The notes under the pieces are model-generated. The model did no database searches. It worked only from the letters and a program-made list of their open reading frames with translations, and was not told where the DNA came from. Source: an uncultured bacterium (GTDB taxonomy: Bacteria > Patescibacteriota > JACMRA01). From it: 64,000 nt of DNA. Position numbers and translations under genes: made by a program. This document shows positions 28,727 through 38,096 of this stretch, piece after piece. The DNA lies in NCBI GenBank assembly GCA_963704645.1, contig OY969926.1:864001-928000 (forward strand), in the 5' to 3' direction. The first letter of the stretch is position 1, and every line of letters starts with the position of its first letter.

Positions 28727-30394
28727 CTACAAGTCCTTTTCTTGAATAAACTTCCTTGAACCGTAACCTTGATATAAAATGACTAAGTTTTTCTTTCCTT
28801 TCAGGTTTTTAAATAACTCTAATTTTCGCTTAATTTCCTTATTTGGAAGGGCGGAAACTATAATTTTTTCTTTTTCTAAGCCTAATTTTAAAAGCTCGTT
28901 TTGAACCATTTTAGAGTAATTTGGTCCTACTAAAACTATGAAATCTATGTTTGCCTCGCCTAGGCTTTTGGCTACTAATTGATGAGTGTTAACAGACTGG
29001 ATTCCAAGTTCGGCAATATCGTCTAAAAATATAATTTTCTTACCATCAAAATTCTTCAATAGTTCAATAGCATTTAAAACTCCGTCTAAGTTGGCGTTAT
29101 AGGAATCGTTAATTTTATAGCCGTACTCTGTTACTTCAACATTCAAAGTTCCTTCTGATGACGGCAAATTTAACAAGCTTTTACTTAAATTTTCTAATTT
29201 AAAACCGTATGCGGTGCAACAGGCCATGCTAGCTAAAATATTTTGAATACTACCTTTGCCAATTAAATTAGTTCTAAAATTGTACATCTGACCTTCCCAG
29301 AAAACGTTAAATTCTGTTCCTTCCAAATCGCTACTAATAATTTCTGCACGAATGTCTGCATCCTCTGAAAAACCGTATTTAATAAGTTTTACATCTTTTG
29401 GAACTACAATTTCTTGACACCAAGGACTGTCCCAATTAATTATCGCTAAGTTTTCAGGCTTCAAAAACTGTAAAGATTCACTTTCGGCTGAAATAATTTG
29501 TTCTTTTCCGCCAAACAAACTGTAATGTTGGTTATTTAAACCCGTAATAATACTAGTATTTGGAAAGCTGAACTTACATTGATCAATTCCATCACCTTGT
29601 TTATAGGCTCCAATTTCGCTAATAAAAATGTCTGTTTTAGAATCTAAACTTAAAATTTTTCTGGCTACAGCTAACGTGGAATTATGGTTTTTAAAAGTTT
29701 TTTCAACATTGAATTTGGTTGCAAGTAAGCTGGCCAAAATTTCTTTAGTAGAGCTTTTACCGTAACTGCCAGAAATGCCAACCACTTTTAAATTAAGCAA
29801 AGTTAGTCGGTGATGTTTGGCTTTAAGTGTAATTCTGTATTTTAAGAAGGTATCTAGTGGCCATAGAAGTAAAATTGAAAATCCAATAATTAAAGGTTGT
29901 ATTAAAGACAACATCAACAAACTAATTGGAATTGTGGAAATTAAAAATGAACAATTCGGACAGCTAAATATTTTATCTAAAAAAGAATACAACACTAAGT
30001 TGGCTACAATTGCAGTTACCGACAGCCCTAAAATTTTAAAAGAAAATTTAGGAAGCAAGGCTCGCTTTTGAATAATTTGCCTTGTAAAAATGGCTATCTC
30101 TATAAGCGAAGTTAGAATAATGAATAAATAGACAAACGGAGAATAAAGCCTTGAAAAAACATAATCTAAAATTAATGCAAACAGTGCCAAAATTCTAAAT
30201 GTAGTAAACCAATCTAAAAATACCCGGGGAAACTTTGGAGAACTTACTAAATCTAGGAATTTGTCTAAACGGTATTCTTTCCACTGCCAAATGTATAAAA
30301 AGTAAATAAGCTTTTTTATAAGTACTAAAACCGTTATTAGAATTGAAAAATAAAAAGCTAAAACAGTAAGTGCAATAAGTTCAAAAACCGACAT
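28727..30394 (-). CDS. murF: UDP-N-acetylmuramoyl-tripeptide--D-Ala-D-Ala ligase with N-terminal TM segments
   Basis: GISGSYGKSSTKE, EIGAY and INDSYNAN motifs. Confidence 0.88.
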   Translation of the reverse strand: MSVFELIALTVLAFYFSILITVLVLIKKLIYFLYIWQWKEYRLDKFLDLVSSPKFPRVFLDWFTTFRILALFALILDYVFSRLYSPFVYLFIILTSLIEIAIFTRQIIQKRALLPKFSFKILGLSVTAIVANLVLYSFLDKIFSCPNCSFLISTIPISLLMLSLIQPLIIGFSILLLWPLDTFLKYRITLKAKHHRLTLLNLKVVGISGSYGKSSTKEILASLLATKFNVEKTFKNHNSTLAVARKILSLDSKTDIFISEIGAYKQGDGIDQCKFSFPNTSIITGLNNQHYSLFGGKEQIISAESESLQFLKPENLAIINWDSPWCQEIVVPKDVKLIKYGFSEDADIRAEIISSDLEGTEFNVFWEGQMYNFRTNLIGKGSIQNILASMACCTAYGFKLENLSKSLLNLPSSEGTLNVEVTEYGYKINDSYNANLDGVLNAIELLKNFDGKKIIFLDDIAELGIQSVNTHQLVAKSLGEANIDFIVLVGPNYSKMVQNELLKLGLEKEKIIVSALPNKEIKRKLELFKNLKGKKNLVILYQGYGSRKFIQEKDL

Positions 30395-30522
30395 TATATA
30401 TAAATTTGTTGGGAAGAGCGGGTTTGGTCAAGGTAAGAAATGTGAAGTTTAAATTTAACTTGATAAATGTTGAAAAAAGTGATTATAGATAAGTCGGCAT
30501 TTAGCATAGCGAGTATTAAAAA

Positions 30523-30804
30523 ATGAGACAATTCCAAACTTTGACTGGATCAGTTTATAAAATTCTAAAAGGCGACCCAGACGATCAAGTTCAAAAAGGC
30601 GATGAAAATCCTTTGCCTTTTGTGGGTGGGTGGAACGGTAGTATTGAAAGCTTTAAAGCTAACACCACCCCTCTGCGTATTTCTTCAGAATTTGTCTCAC
30701 CCGAGAGAATTGCTGAAGGAGAAGAACCAAAATGCGTCTTAATAGGAGGTGACTTGTTTGGCAGGATTTTCATTCGAGAGGTTCATATGTGGTCAATGAA
30801 TTGA
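30523..30804 (+). CDS. Small ORFan cassette protein
   Basis: Own promoter-like region and a hairpin-U terminator at ~30809-30852. Confidence 0.55.
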   Translation: MRQFQTLTGSVYKILKGDPDDQVQKGDENPLPFVGGWNGSIESFKANTTPLRISSEFVSPERIAEGEEPKCVLIGGDLFGRIFIREVHMWSMN

Positions 30805-30927
30805 ACTAAAATTACCCAAGTAGCTTTCCTTAAAGTGAACGGGTGATTTTTTATTGGACTAAAGCTTTTGTAAGTTTGTTAAAAACCAAAATATGGTTAA
30901 TTCTTTGTAATAACAATAGAAAAATAT

Positions 30928-31722
30928 ATGCACCCAAGCTTAATAGAAATTGAACAAAAGTTTTATCAGAAACAGAAAGTTTTAAACGGATCAGATTTAT
31001 TTAAAGTGGCCAGTCATTATTACTTACAGTTTCAAAATAGCACAGACTACAAAGATAAGCTGGCACATATTAAGAAGGCAGGGTTTTTTGTTGATGGGGC
31101 TTTTAAAGCTGGGTTAGAAAGTGTGGATGAATTATGTTTGGCTAGAGATATATTAACCAAAGCTGTAAGCTATGCGTCTTTTCCTCAGACTTTATCTACT
31201 GTTTTGTCTAAAATTACTTTGAAATGGTTAACTAATTCAGGCCATGCTAATAGTGAAATAATTCAAACCAAAAAAATTAAGTTAGATGTTGAAACAGGAA
31301 TGTTAGTTGCTTTTTCTAAAACTGACGAAAATATAGACAGTGCTTATAGCCACGATAAATATATTAATTTGTTTAATGAAGGGGCTTTGTTTGCCTGTGG
31401 TTTGGGTGCTGATTTTCAGTTAAATCTGGAGGTGAGAGAAATTGAATCGGGCGAACCTGTGCTTCTAGCTAAAGAGTATTCCAAGTTAGAGCAGTCAACG
31501 CCAGTATTTAATATTTTAGTTGGTAATTATGGTTTGCAGGTGGGTGATAGTCTTAGCAGCCTTTACTTAGAAGACAAATACAACATTAAATTGAACAGTG
31601 GAGTATACAAATTAGGCCTATTTTGCTTGAAAAACGGCAAATTTGTATTAGTATTTTGTTATACGAAGTCAGTAGATTTTTATAAAAATAAAATTACAAC
31701 TATACCAAGTATAGAGGCTTAG
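30928..31722 (+). CDS. Hypothetical protein
   Basis: 264-aa ORF with ATG start; no motif recognised. Confidence 0.65.
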   Translation: MHPSLIEIEQKFYQKQKVLNGSDLFKVASHYYLQFQNSTDYKDKLAHIKKAGFFVDGAFKAGLESVDELCLARDILTKAVSYASFPQTLSTVLSKITLKWLTNSGHANSEIIQTKKIKLDVETGMLVAFSKTDENIDSAYSHDKYINLFNEGALFACGLGADFQLNLEVREIESGEPVLLAKEYSKLEQSTPVFNILVGNYGLQVGDSLSSLYLEDKYNIKLNSGVYKLGLFCLKNGKFVLVFCYTKSVDFYKNKITTIPSIEA

Positions 31723-31785
31723 AGGGTGTATTAAGTTGCCATATATATTGACATTCAATATTTTTTGGGTATCTATAAAACTATT

Positions 31786-32376
31786 ATGGTAAATTCTACA
31801 AAGCTTCACAGTCAAAATAAAATATTAATTTTATGCGGTCCTAGTGGAAGCGGCAAAGGCACTTTGGTTAGGCATTTACTAGAAACCCATCCGCTTTTTA
31901 GCTTATCTGTATCGTGTACAACTAGAAAGCCAAGAGTAGGGGAAGAAGAGGGGAGGGAATACTATTTTGTTAATACCGACGAATTTAAAAGAAGGATCTC
32001 TTTAAGTGAATTCGCTGAATATGAAGAAGTTTACGAAGGTAAATTTTACGGAACTTTAAAAGCAGAAATTGCTAGAATTCACAATTTAGGCAAAATCCCA
32101 GTTTTTGATATAGATTACGTGGGCGGTTTAAGTTTAAAAAAGTTGTATCCACAGGCCATTGATATATTTTTACTTCCACCAAGCCAAGCAATTTTAGAAC
32201 AACGTTTAAGGGGCAGGGGAACAGAAACCGAGCAAGAAATTCAAACCCGTTTAGCTAAGGCCAACCTAGAAATTCAGCATCAAAATGAGTTTACTCACAA
32301 ATTAGTTAATAATGAGTGGGAGGAAACTATTGTTGAATTGGATGAGATTTTGAGGAACAAGGAATTGTTGGTTTAA
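31786..32376 (+). CDS. gmk: Guanylate kinase
   Basis: GPSGSGKGT, SCTTRKPR, EGREYYF and YGT motifs. Confidence 0.96.
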   Translation: MVNSTKLHSQNKILILCGPSGSGKGTLVRHLLETHPLFSLSVSCTTRKPRVGEEEGREYYFVNTDEFKRRISLSEFAEYEEVYEGKFYGTLKAEIARIHNLGKIPVFDIDYVGGLSLKKLYPQAIDIFLLPPSQAILEQRLRGRGTETEQEIQTRLAKANLEIQHQNEFTHKLVNNEWEETIVELDEILRNKELLV

Positions 32377-32433
32377 AAATTATTCCATAAATTAAGGCCT
32401 GTCTTTCAACAGGCTTTGTAGGGCTTAAGTTTT

Positions 32434-32667
32434 TTATGTGACCCAGTTTAGATCAATTACTTCAGTTAGAAAAACTGGTGTTGGAGAGTTTATACTTGAT
32501 TCAATAAGAACACCTCCCTCACAAACAAAATTTCTATTTCTAGCCTCATAATCCAAGAAAACCTCTTCACCAACTTCAGGAGGCTCTCCATATTTTGGAA
32601 TGTCAAAGAATACAGGCTGATTATCTGGTGTTACGGTATTAACTTTGATTATATATTGAATAGACAT
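32434..32667 (-). CDS. Small ORFan protein
   Basis: Likely ATG start (MSIQY...); terminator AGGCCTGT...ACAGGCTT at ~32395-32417. Confidence 0.5.
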   Translation of the reverse strand: MSIQYIIKVNTVTPDNQPVFFDIPKYGEPPEVGEEVFLDYEARNRNFVCEGGVLIESSINSPTPVFLTEVIDLNWVT

Positions 32668-32954
32668 TATATTTTTGTCCAAAAAAACAACATACTAATC
32701 AACTCACAGATTTACACATTTGTAAAATATAATTTGAAACCAGTGTATTAACATACATTTTTAAGAATAAAAGAAATTGGAACTTAAAGGCTAGATAAAA
32801 TTTTGTGCAAAAGCGGGTGGCTAAACAAAATCTTTTTAGAAAAAAGTAAGACAAGCAAATTATGAGGCAGATCTTTGACTTTGTATTTCTTTTGTGCTTA
32901 GTTGTAGAGGTATTCTTTGATTTCAATCATTAAAATATATAAGGACAAAGGGTT

Positions 32955-33323
32955 ATGGGTAAAGCTAAGGTTGAAAAAACACTAAGACTAGTTACAACGG
33001 TAGAAGTACAAAATTGCTTGTCTGAAGACACTTTGTTGGCGGAATTCCAAAAGCTAGACAAAGAAGGATTGGAACAGCTACAGCTTTTGAGAGATTCACT
33101 ATTAGGAGCATTGAGTATTAATAAAAATTTTACTCTACTTTCTGCTTCAGGAATTGTTTTCTATCAGAACATGGAATTCAATTTCAAACTTTTTGAAGAG
33201 TGCTGCCTGAAAATCTCTGGTTTTGAAGAGGAAATCGAAATTCCAATCAAAGCAGGTTTCACATCCACAATTCAATGTCAGCGGGCTAACGGAAGCTACA
33301 CAGCTTATTTAGTTTCCGACTAA
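32955..33323 (+). CDS. ORFan cassette protein, paralog of 34022..34375
   Basis: Shared GFEE.I.IPI...QR.N motif and a 39/41-bp identical terminator. Confidence 0.7.
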   Translation: MGKAKVEKTLRLVTTVEVQNCLSEDTLLAEFQKLDKEGLEQLQLLRDSLLGALSINKNFTLLSASGIVFYQNMEFNFKLFEECCLKISGFEEEIEIPIKAGFTSTIQCQRANGSYTAYLVSD

Positions 33324-33343
33324 TTAGATCTTTAAGCACTACA

Positions 33344-33384
33344 TTTTAGTCTCTTTCCATCTGGACGGAGACTATTTTAATTTA
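33344..33384 (+). terminator. Intrinsic terminator, duplicated at 34381-34421
   Basis: TTTTAGTCTCTTTCCATCTGGACGGAGACTATTTTAATTTA; two mismatches with the second copy. Confidence 0.8.
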
Positions 33385-33497
33385 TAAAGAATTAAGATTT
33401 AAATTACTTGAAATATGCTCTGCATTTAGGTTTTTATAACGTTTTATATTATTTCCTGTAATTTCTTGACCTCTTCCAGCTTTTTTTAAATGGTTAA

Positions 33498-33956
33498 TTA
33501 GCTTTTTCGGCTTTTATTTTTAATTCTAAGGGGGAATTATTGCTGCAACAACGCAGCCTATCTAAAAAAACTTGGCCTGGGGTTTGGTCGAATTCTTGCT
33601 GCGGTCACCCTACATTGGAAGAAAGTAATGAACAGGCTGCCAAAAGAAGATTGCAATTTGAATTAGGCCTGAATGTAGAAAACCTAAAAGAAGTTGCCTA
33701 TTACAAATACTGTTTTACCAGATTTGGTATTATGGAAAACGAAATTTGCCCAATAGTGGTAGGTTTTACAGACACTTTACCAACACCAAACCCAGACGAG
33801 GTAGAAAGTGTTAAATATATTGCCTGGTCAGAGTTTTTAAAAGAAATTAAAACCAACCCACAAAACTGGTCGGAATGGTGCATAGAAGAAGCCCAAATTT
33901 TGGAAGGGAATAAAGAGTTTTTGGCACAGTACAATGGGTTTGTGGAAGCAAATTAA
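33498..33956 (+). pseudogene. idi: Type 1 isopentenyl-diphosphate isomerase, 5'-truncated
   Basis: LAFSAFIFNSKGELLLQQRS, WPGVWSNSCCGHP, RRLQFELG and ENEICP motifs. An in-frame stop lies immediately upstream, and the N-terminal His-containing segment and start are missing. Confidence 0.75.
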
Positions 33957-34021
33957 ATAAATTTTGACCTTAAGGCTTTTTTATGAATTAATTAATTGTG
34001 TTTTAGATGTAGGTAAATTAA

Positions 34022-34375
34022 ATGGCAGAAAGTTACAAACTAACAAAAAAAGGAAATATTGAGGTTTCGTATCATTTGACTATATACCAAGATGCTATGA
34101 AAGTAGATAAAAATAAGCTTGAAGAGCTTGTTAACTTAATTTATAGTAATCTGAATTGCGATTCTGAAAATTTAAATATTATGTCTGCAGTCGGAATAAT
34201 TTTCTTAGAGGGTAAACCATGGCACTCATTCGAGGCTTTTGGTAATTTCGATATTGTGATTACCGGCTTCGAAGAGGTAATTAAAATTCCAATTAGAAAC
34301 TCCGAAGTTTCATCTTTGATAGTTCAGCGTATTAATGATAATTGTATTGCATTCTTTACTACAACTTACAATTAA
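34022..34375 (+). CDS. ORFan cassette protein, paralog of 32955..33323
   Basis: Shared motif and terminator; TTGACC promoter. Confidence 0.7.
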   Translation: MAESYKLTKKGNIEVSYHLTIYQDAMKVDKNKLEELVNLIYSNLNCDSENLNIMSAVGIIFLEGKPWHSFEAFGNFDIVITGFEEVIKIPIRNSEVSSLIVQRINDNCIAFFTTTYN

Positions 34376-34556
34376 AAAGTTTTTAGTCTCTTTCCATCTG
34401 GAGGGAGGCTATTTTAATTTAAGAAATTTTGGGATTAATTGAGGGTTGGGGGTTATATTTTATTTTTTATAATGAGGCATATTTTATACCCGAAATGCGC
34501 CTCTTTCCTTGGACTTTTGTCAAAATTAACTTTTAAAACGCTGCACATAGAATACT

Positions 34557-34585
34557 TTGACATATTGTATAATATTGTATACAAT
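34557..34585 (+). promoter_or_regulatory. TA operon promoter TTGACA-17-TACAAT with operator palindrome ATTGTATACAAT
   Basis: Perfect 12-bp palindrome at 34574-34585 overlapping the -10; ATATTGTATA occurs twice in tandem. Confidence 0.7.
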
Positions 34586-34614
34586 TTAAGCATATTTAAT
34601 AAATTTATATTTTT

Positions 34615-34893
34615 ATGCAAAAAACTACAATTAAAGCTGCGGGTAGGTGGCAAGTTACCCTTCCAAAAAATACTGCTTTAGATAACCGTATTAATAGCCT
34701 TTTAAAAAGATATGAAGGCATGAACTTAACCGAAATTACTAAACTTGCCCTTATTGAACTAGATAAAAAAGAAGCTGAAGAAAATTATCCAATAGATAAA
34801 GTTTTAGATGACTATTACGCTGGAAAACTTAAAACAACCAAAGTTAATTCTAGCAAAGAGCTTGAAGCATTATTAGCTAAAATGGCTGAATAA
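34615..34893 (+). CDS. Putative antitoxin
   Basis: Small ORF 2 nt upstream of a RelE-like toxin; WQVTLP N-terminus and SSKELEALL tail. Confidence 0.65.
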   Translation: MQKTTIKAAGRWQVTLPKNTALDNRINSLLKRYEGMNLTEITKLALIELDKKEAEENYPIDKVLDDYYAGKLKTTKVNSSKELEALLAKMAE

Positions 34894-34895
34894 TT

Positions 34896-35138
34896 ATGTA
34901 TAGTATAGAATTTTTAAATGATTTCTGGAAAGTATACAATAAACTTGCAAAAGGAAACTCTGTTCTGCAAAAAAAGTTTTTTAATTGTTTAGATAAAATG
35001 GCAGTCGATCCGTTTTATAGTTCTTTAAAAACCCATAAAGTAGATAGTAAAAAATACAAAAATGTATATTCAAGCTGGGTAAGTAGCTATGTTAGAATAA
35101 AATATGGTTTATGGGAAGAAGATTGGCTGAAGTGTTAA
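34896..35138 (+). CDS. RelE/YafQ-like toxin, probably C-terminally truncated
   Basis: F.K.Y.KL, DPFYSSLKTHKV and YSSWV..VRI motifs; lacks the usual final strand/IG.H end. Confidence 0.65.
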   Translation: MYSIEFLNDFWKVYNKLAKGNSVLQKKFFNCLDKMAVDPFYSSLKTHKVDSKKYKNVYSSWVSSYVRIKYGLWEEDWLKC

Positions 35139-35141
35139 AAT

Positions 35142-35558
35142 CTACCGCACCAAACCTGGTTTCTTTTCAGCTTCCAATAAAACTTTTTTCAACACATCCA
35201 AATTTACACCTTCCAAGCTTTTAATATTTATACAACTTTTGCCAACCTTCACCTTTCCAAGTTCTTTAGCGTGCATTTCGGCAGTATATTCACCATTATT
35301 TAAAGCACAAACATATAAGCTAATATAGTTTTTCTGATTGGCAAGTGAAATTACAGGCCAAGAAAGAACTTGTTTTTTGGAATTAGTATAAGGAAAAGAC
35401 CCATAACCAATCATATTAATGGCAAAATGTGGCTGTAGAGTAGGTACAGTTTGAATTATGAAATTGTGCAAAAATTCAAAATCCGCCTTGCGTTCAGTAG
35501 GCACACCGGCGATGTAATCTGGGATGTTTGTGGCTTTGGAGGGTTTGAACATGTTCAT
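35142..35558 (-). CDS. DUF1801 (YdhG-like) protein
   Basis: MIGYG, LANQKNYISLY and LGKVKVGKSCI motifs. Confidence 0.85.
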   Translation of the reverse strand: MNMFKPSKATNIPDYIAGVPTERKADFEFLHNFIIQTVPTLQPHFAINMIGYGSFPYTNSKKQVLSWPVISLANQKNYISLYVCALNNGEYTAEMHAKELGKVKVGKSCINIKSLEGVNLDVLKKVLLEAEKKPGLVR

Positions 35559-35570
35559 AGCGAAGAAGGG

Positions 35571-36119
35571 TTACTCAAAATTTAAACAAAACAATTCGAG
35601 TAAAATTTTGAATTCTGTGTTTGCAAATAAATGCTTATTTGAATTTATCAACTTCTTTGAAAGTTTTTCATCATAGAAATCTTCGAGAGGAGTGTTATTA
35701 AGTAATTTTTTGAATTTTTCTTTCAGCCTACCACAGTTTTTTCTTTCAAATCCAGATGTATCACCGAAAAATAAGGCCAAATTGATAGCCTCAATGCAAG
35801 GTTCATTTATTACCAGGATTAATTCATGATTTAGACCTTTTTTCTTTTCATTTACAATTTTATCGAAGTCTTCTCTTCTAGCTATCTTGTCACCATCAAG
35901 AACACAATATCGAACATCAAAATCGCCATCTTCACTCAGACAATTATTTAAAATAACTTCAGGCGTAGAACCATTCCCCTGTCTTATGCTAAAACTAGTT
36001 TGATAAACTCTCTGGATCGTTTTTAACAAAACACTCTCACATTTACCCTCAGTAAAAATAAGTATTCGTGGTTTAAATTCAACTCTATGTTCGATTCTAT
36101 ATTCGTGGCTTGGCTCCAT
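35571..36119 (-). CDS. RloB-like (TOPRIM-fold, AbiLii-type) protein
   Basis: ILIFTEGKCE, CVLDGD and INEPCIE motifs; overlaps the end of the AAA ATPase; likely start ATG 36119. Confidence 0.8.
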   Translation of the reverse strand: MEPSHEYRIEHRVEFKPRILIFTEGKCESVLLKTIQRVYQTSFSIRQGNGSTPEVILNNCLSEDGDFDVRYCVLDGDKIARREDFDKIVNEKKKGLNHELILVINEPCIEAINLALFFGDTSGFERKNCGRLKEKFKKLLNNTPLEDFYDEKLSKKLINSNKHLFANTEFKILLELFCLNFE

Positions 36120-37278
36120 ATGCACCTGCAATATATTTATTATAAAAATTATCATCAGTACGAACCCCCTCAATATCGTTTAGTTTAAAAACTTCTGTTG
36201 ATCCATTAATAATGTTTTTCTCAGCAAAAAATATTTGATTTTTATCTAACTTCTTCATGATTGCTAATGAATGTGAACTAAAAATTAATTGACTTTCTAC
36301 TTCAGAATCAATAAACATATCTATAATTTCTCTTAGAATATCAGGATGTAAAAAAGCCTCTAATTCGTCCATAATTAACGGTGATTTGCTTTTTATTGAA
36401 GCCAATATATACCTCATGACTAAAAGAAGTCTTTTTGTTCCGTTGGAAGAGTAGTTAATATCATTACTGTATATTTTGTCACCAAAATTATGATTTTCAA
36501 CAACATCCTGTATAGTAACACTGTTATCCTGTTCTTCAGTTTTAAATTTAATACTATCAAATCCTAAATCAAACCTTCTCAGCATTTTCTCAACATTTAC
36601 TTTCTCATCAGGAAAAATATGAAAAGAAGCTAAGCTTTCCATAATTTCTAAAGGATTATTACCGCCATAGCCTGTTTCTTGGATATTGGTATTTAAATTA
36701 TTCCAATAATTAAAGATCTCAATTGATTTAGAGTCATTAAACTGCCTACCAATAGCAAGCAAAGAGACGTTTGTTCGATCTAATACTTCAGGCTTGTACG
36801 AAGTAAAACTAAGGTTTGAATCTTTATAAATATATTTTCCTTTATTATAATCCAAGTTCCTACTAAAAATAATTTTTGTTGTCCTTCTTTCATTTACTAG
36901 ACTTTTAGATAATAATTCTTCGCTTATAATTTTTTTCCGTGTAAGCTCAACTTTGTAAGTATACAGCGTTTCCTTAATTGCAAAAGCTACTTCAAAAATT
37001 GTATTTTCATTATTTTCAAAAAAATTTTTAAACGGTAGTAAAGCATCAGGTTCAATATCAAAAGATTTACATATTAGCCATTTAATAAATGCAAAAGACT
37101 TGAGGAAGTTAGTCTTCCCAGATGCATTTGAACCCACAAACATATTTACTTTGGAAATTTTCTCCTGTGCAGACTCAAGATAACTGTTGTTGTAAGGCTC
37201 AGAACGGTCAGATATAAAGCTAACTGCCTGCTCATCTCTTATTGAATAAAAATTTTTAACTTTTAAATAATGAATCAT
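36097..37278 (-). CDS. AAA_21/AbiEii-like ABC ATPase (RloA/AbiLi-type)
   Basis: VKNFYSI, GSNASGKTN, SNGTKR, MDELEAFLHP, QLIFSSH and YIAGAYGAKP motifs. Confidence 0.9.
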   Translation of the reverse strand: MIHYLKVKNFYSIRDEQAVSFISDRSEPYNNSYLESAQEKISKVNMFVGSNASGKTNFLKSFAFIKWLICKSFDIEPDALLPFKNFFENNENTIFEVAFAIKETLYTYKVELTRKKIISEELLSKSLVNERRTTKIIFSRNLDYNKGKYIYKDSNLSFTSYKPEVLDRTNVSLLAIGRQFNDSKSIEIFNYWNNLNTNIQETGYGGNNPLEIMESLASFHIFPDEKVNVEKMLRRFDLGFDSIKFKTEEQDNSVTIQDVVENHNFGDKIYSNDINYSSNGTKRLLLVMRYILASIKSKSPLIMDELEAFLHPDILREIIDMFIDSEVESQLIFSSHSLAIMKKLDKNQIFFAEKNIINGSTEVFKLNDIEGVRTDDNFYNKYIAGAYGAKPRI

Positions 37279-37414
37279 AAATTAATAATAACATTTTTTT
37301 AAAATAAGGTCAATATTTTACAAATGATTGGTTTATTTTACTTTTAAATCTAAAAGAATTATGATTTAAGTTTAATCAACCCTCTTGCATTGCACTTCAT
37401 TTAATGATCATATT

Positions 37415-38095
37415 TTATGACATCATCCCTACATTTTTCATACTAGTATAACCATTTATAGAAACCACAATATGATCTGCAACTGTAATTCCTAAAATCC
37501 TCCCAGCTTCAACAAGCCTTCTTGTGGTTAAAATATCATCATTTGAAGGTGTATGATCCCCTGATGGGTGGTTGTGTGCAACTATTATATGCGAAGAATT
37601 ATACAGAATTGCCTTTTGGAAAACCTCTCTGGGGTGAACTAAACTGGCATTTAGTGTACCAACTGATATTTCATCAACAATAAGTTTATTTTTGGTGTCC
37701 AAATACAGAATTACAAAATTTTCTTTTTTTGAGTTACCAATCTTTGCTTTTAAATAGGCATATACTGCTTCTGGTGAATCTAATAGTGTACTATCTTTGA
37801 TTGCTTCTTTGTTGTATCTAATTAATAATTCATGAAAAAGAATAATAGCAAAAGCATTTGAAGGGCCTATTCCATCCACTTGTTGTAGCTCTTCATTTGA
37901 GGCGCTCAAAACATTTGTTAAGCCTTCAAACTTTGAAATTGCAGCTTTTGCAATTTGTTTGCAATCTTTTCTTGGTGTACCTAAAATTAAAAGTAGTTCA
38001 ACAATTTCATAATCTAAAAAACCTTCTAATCCAGATTGTAAAAGTCTGTCTTTAAGTCTTTGTCTATGTCCTATATTTTTGTTTAATTCATCCAT
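37415..38095 (-). CDS. radC: RadC family protein (HhH + JAB domain)
   Basis: GHRQRLK, GIGPS, VHPREVF, HNHPSG and DHI motifs. Confidence 0.95.
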   Translation of the reverse strand: MDELNKNIGHRQRLKDRLLQSGLEGFLDYEIVELLLILGTPRKDCKQIAKAAISKFEGLTNVLSASNEELQQVDGIGPSNAFAIILFHELLIRYNKEAIKDSTLLDSPEAVYAYLKAKIGNSKKENFVILYLDTKNKLIVDEISVGTLNASLVHPREVFQKAILYNSSHIIVAHNHPSGDHTPSNDDILTTRRLVEAGRILGITVADHIVVSINGYTSMKNVGMMS

Positions 38096-38096
38096 A

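Noticed and set aside
31641-31671. Second dif-like site around TTATACGAAGTCA
   Set aside because: Only one arm; no matching left arm at 6-bp spacing.
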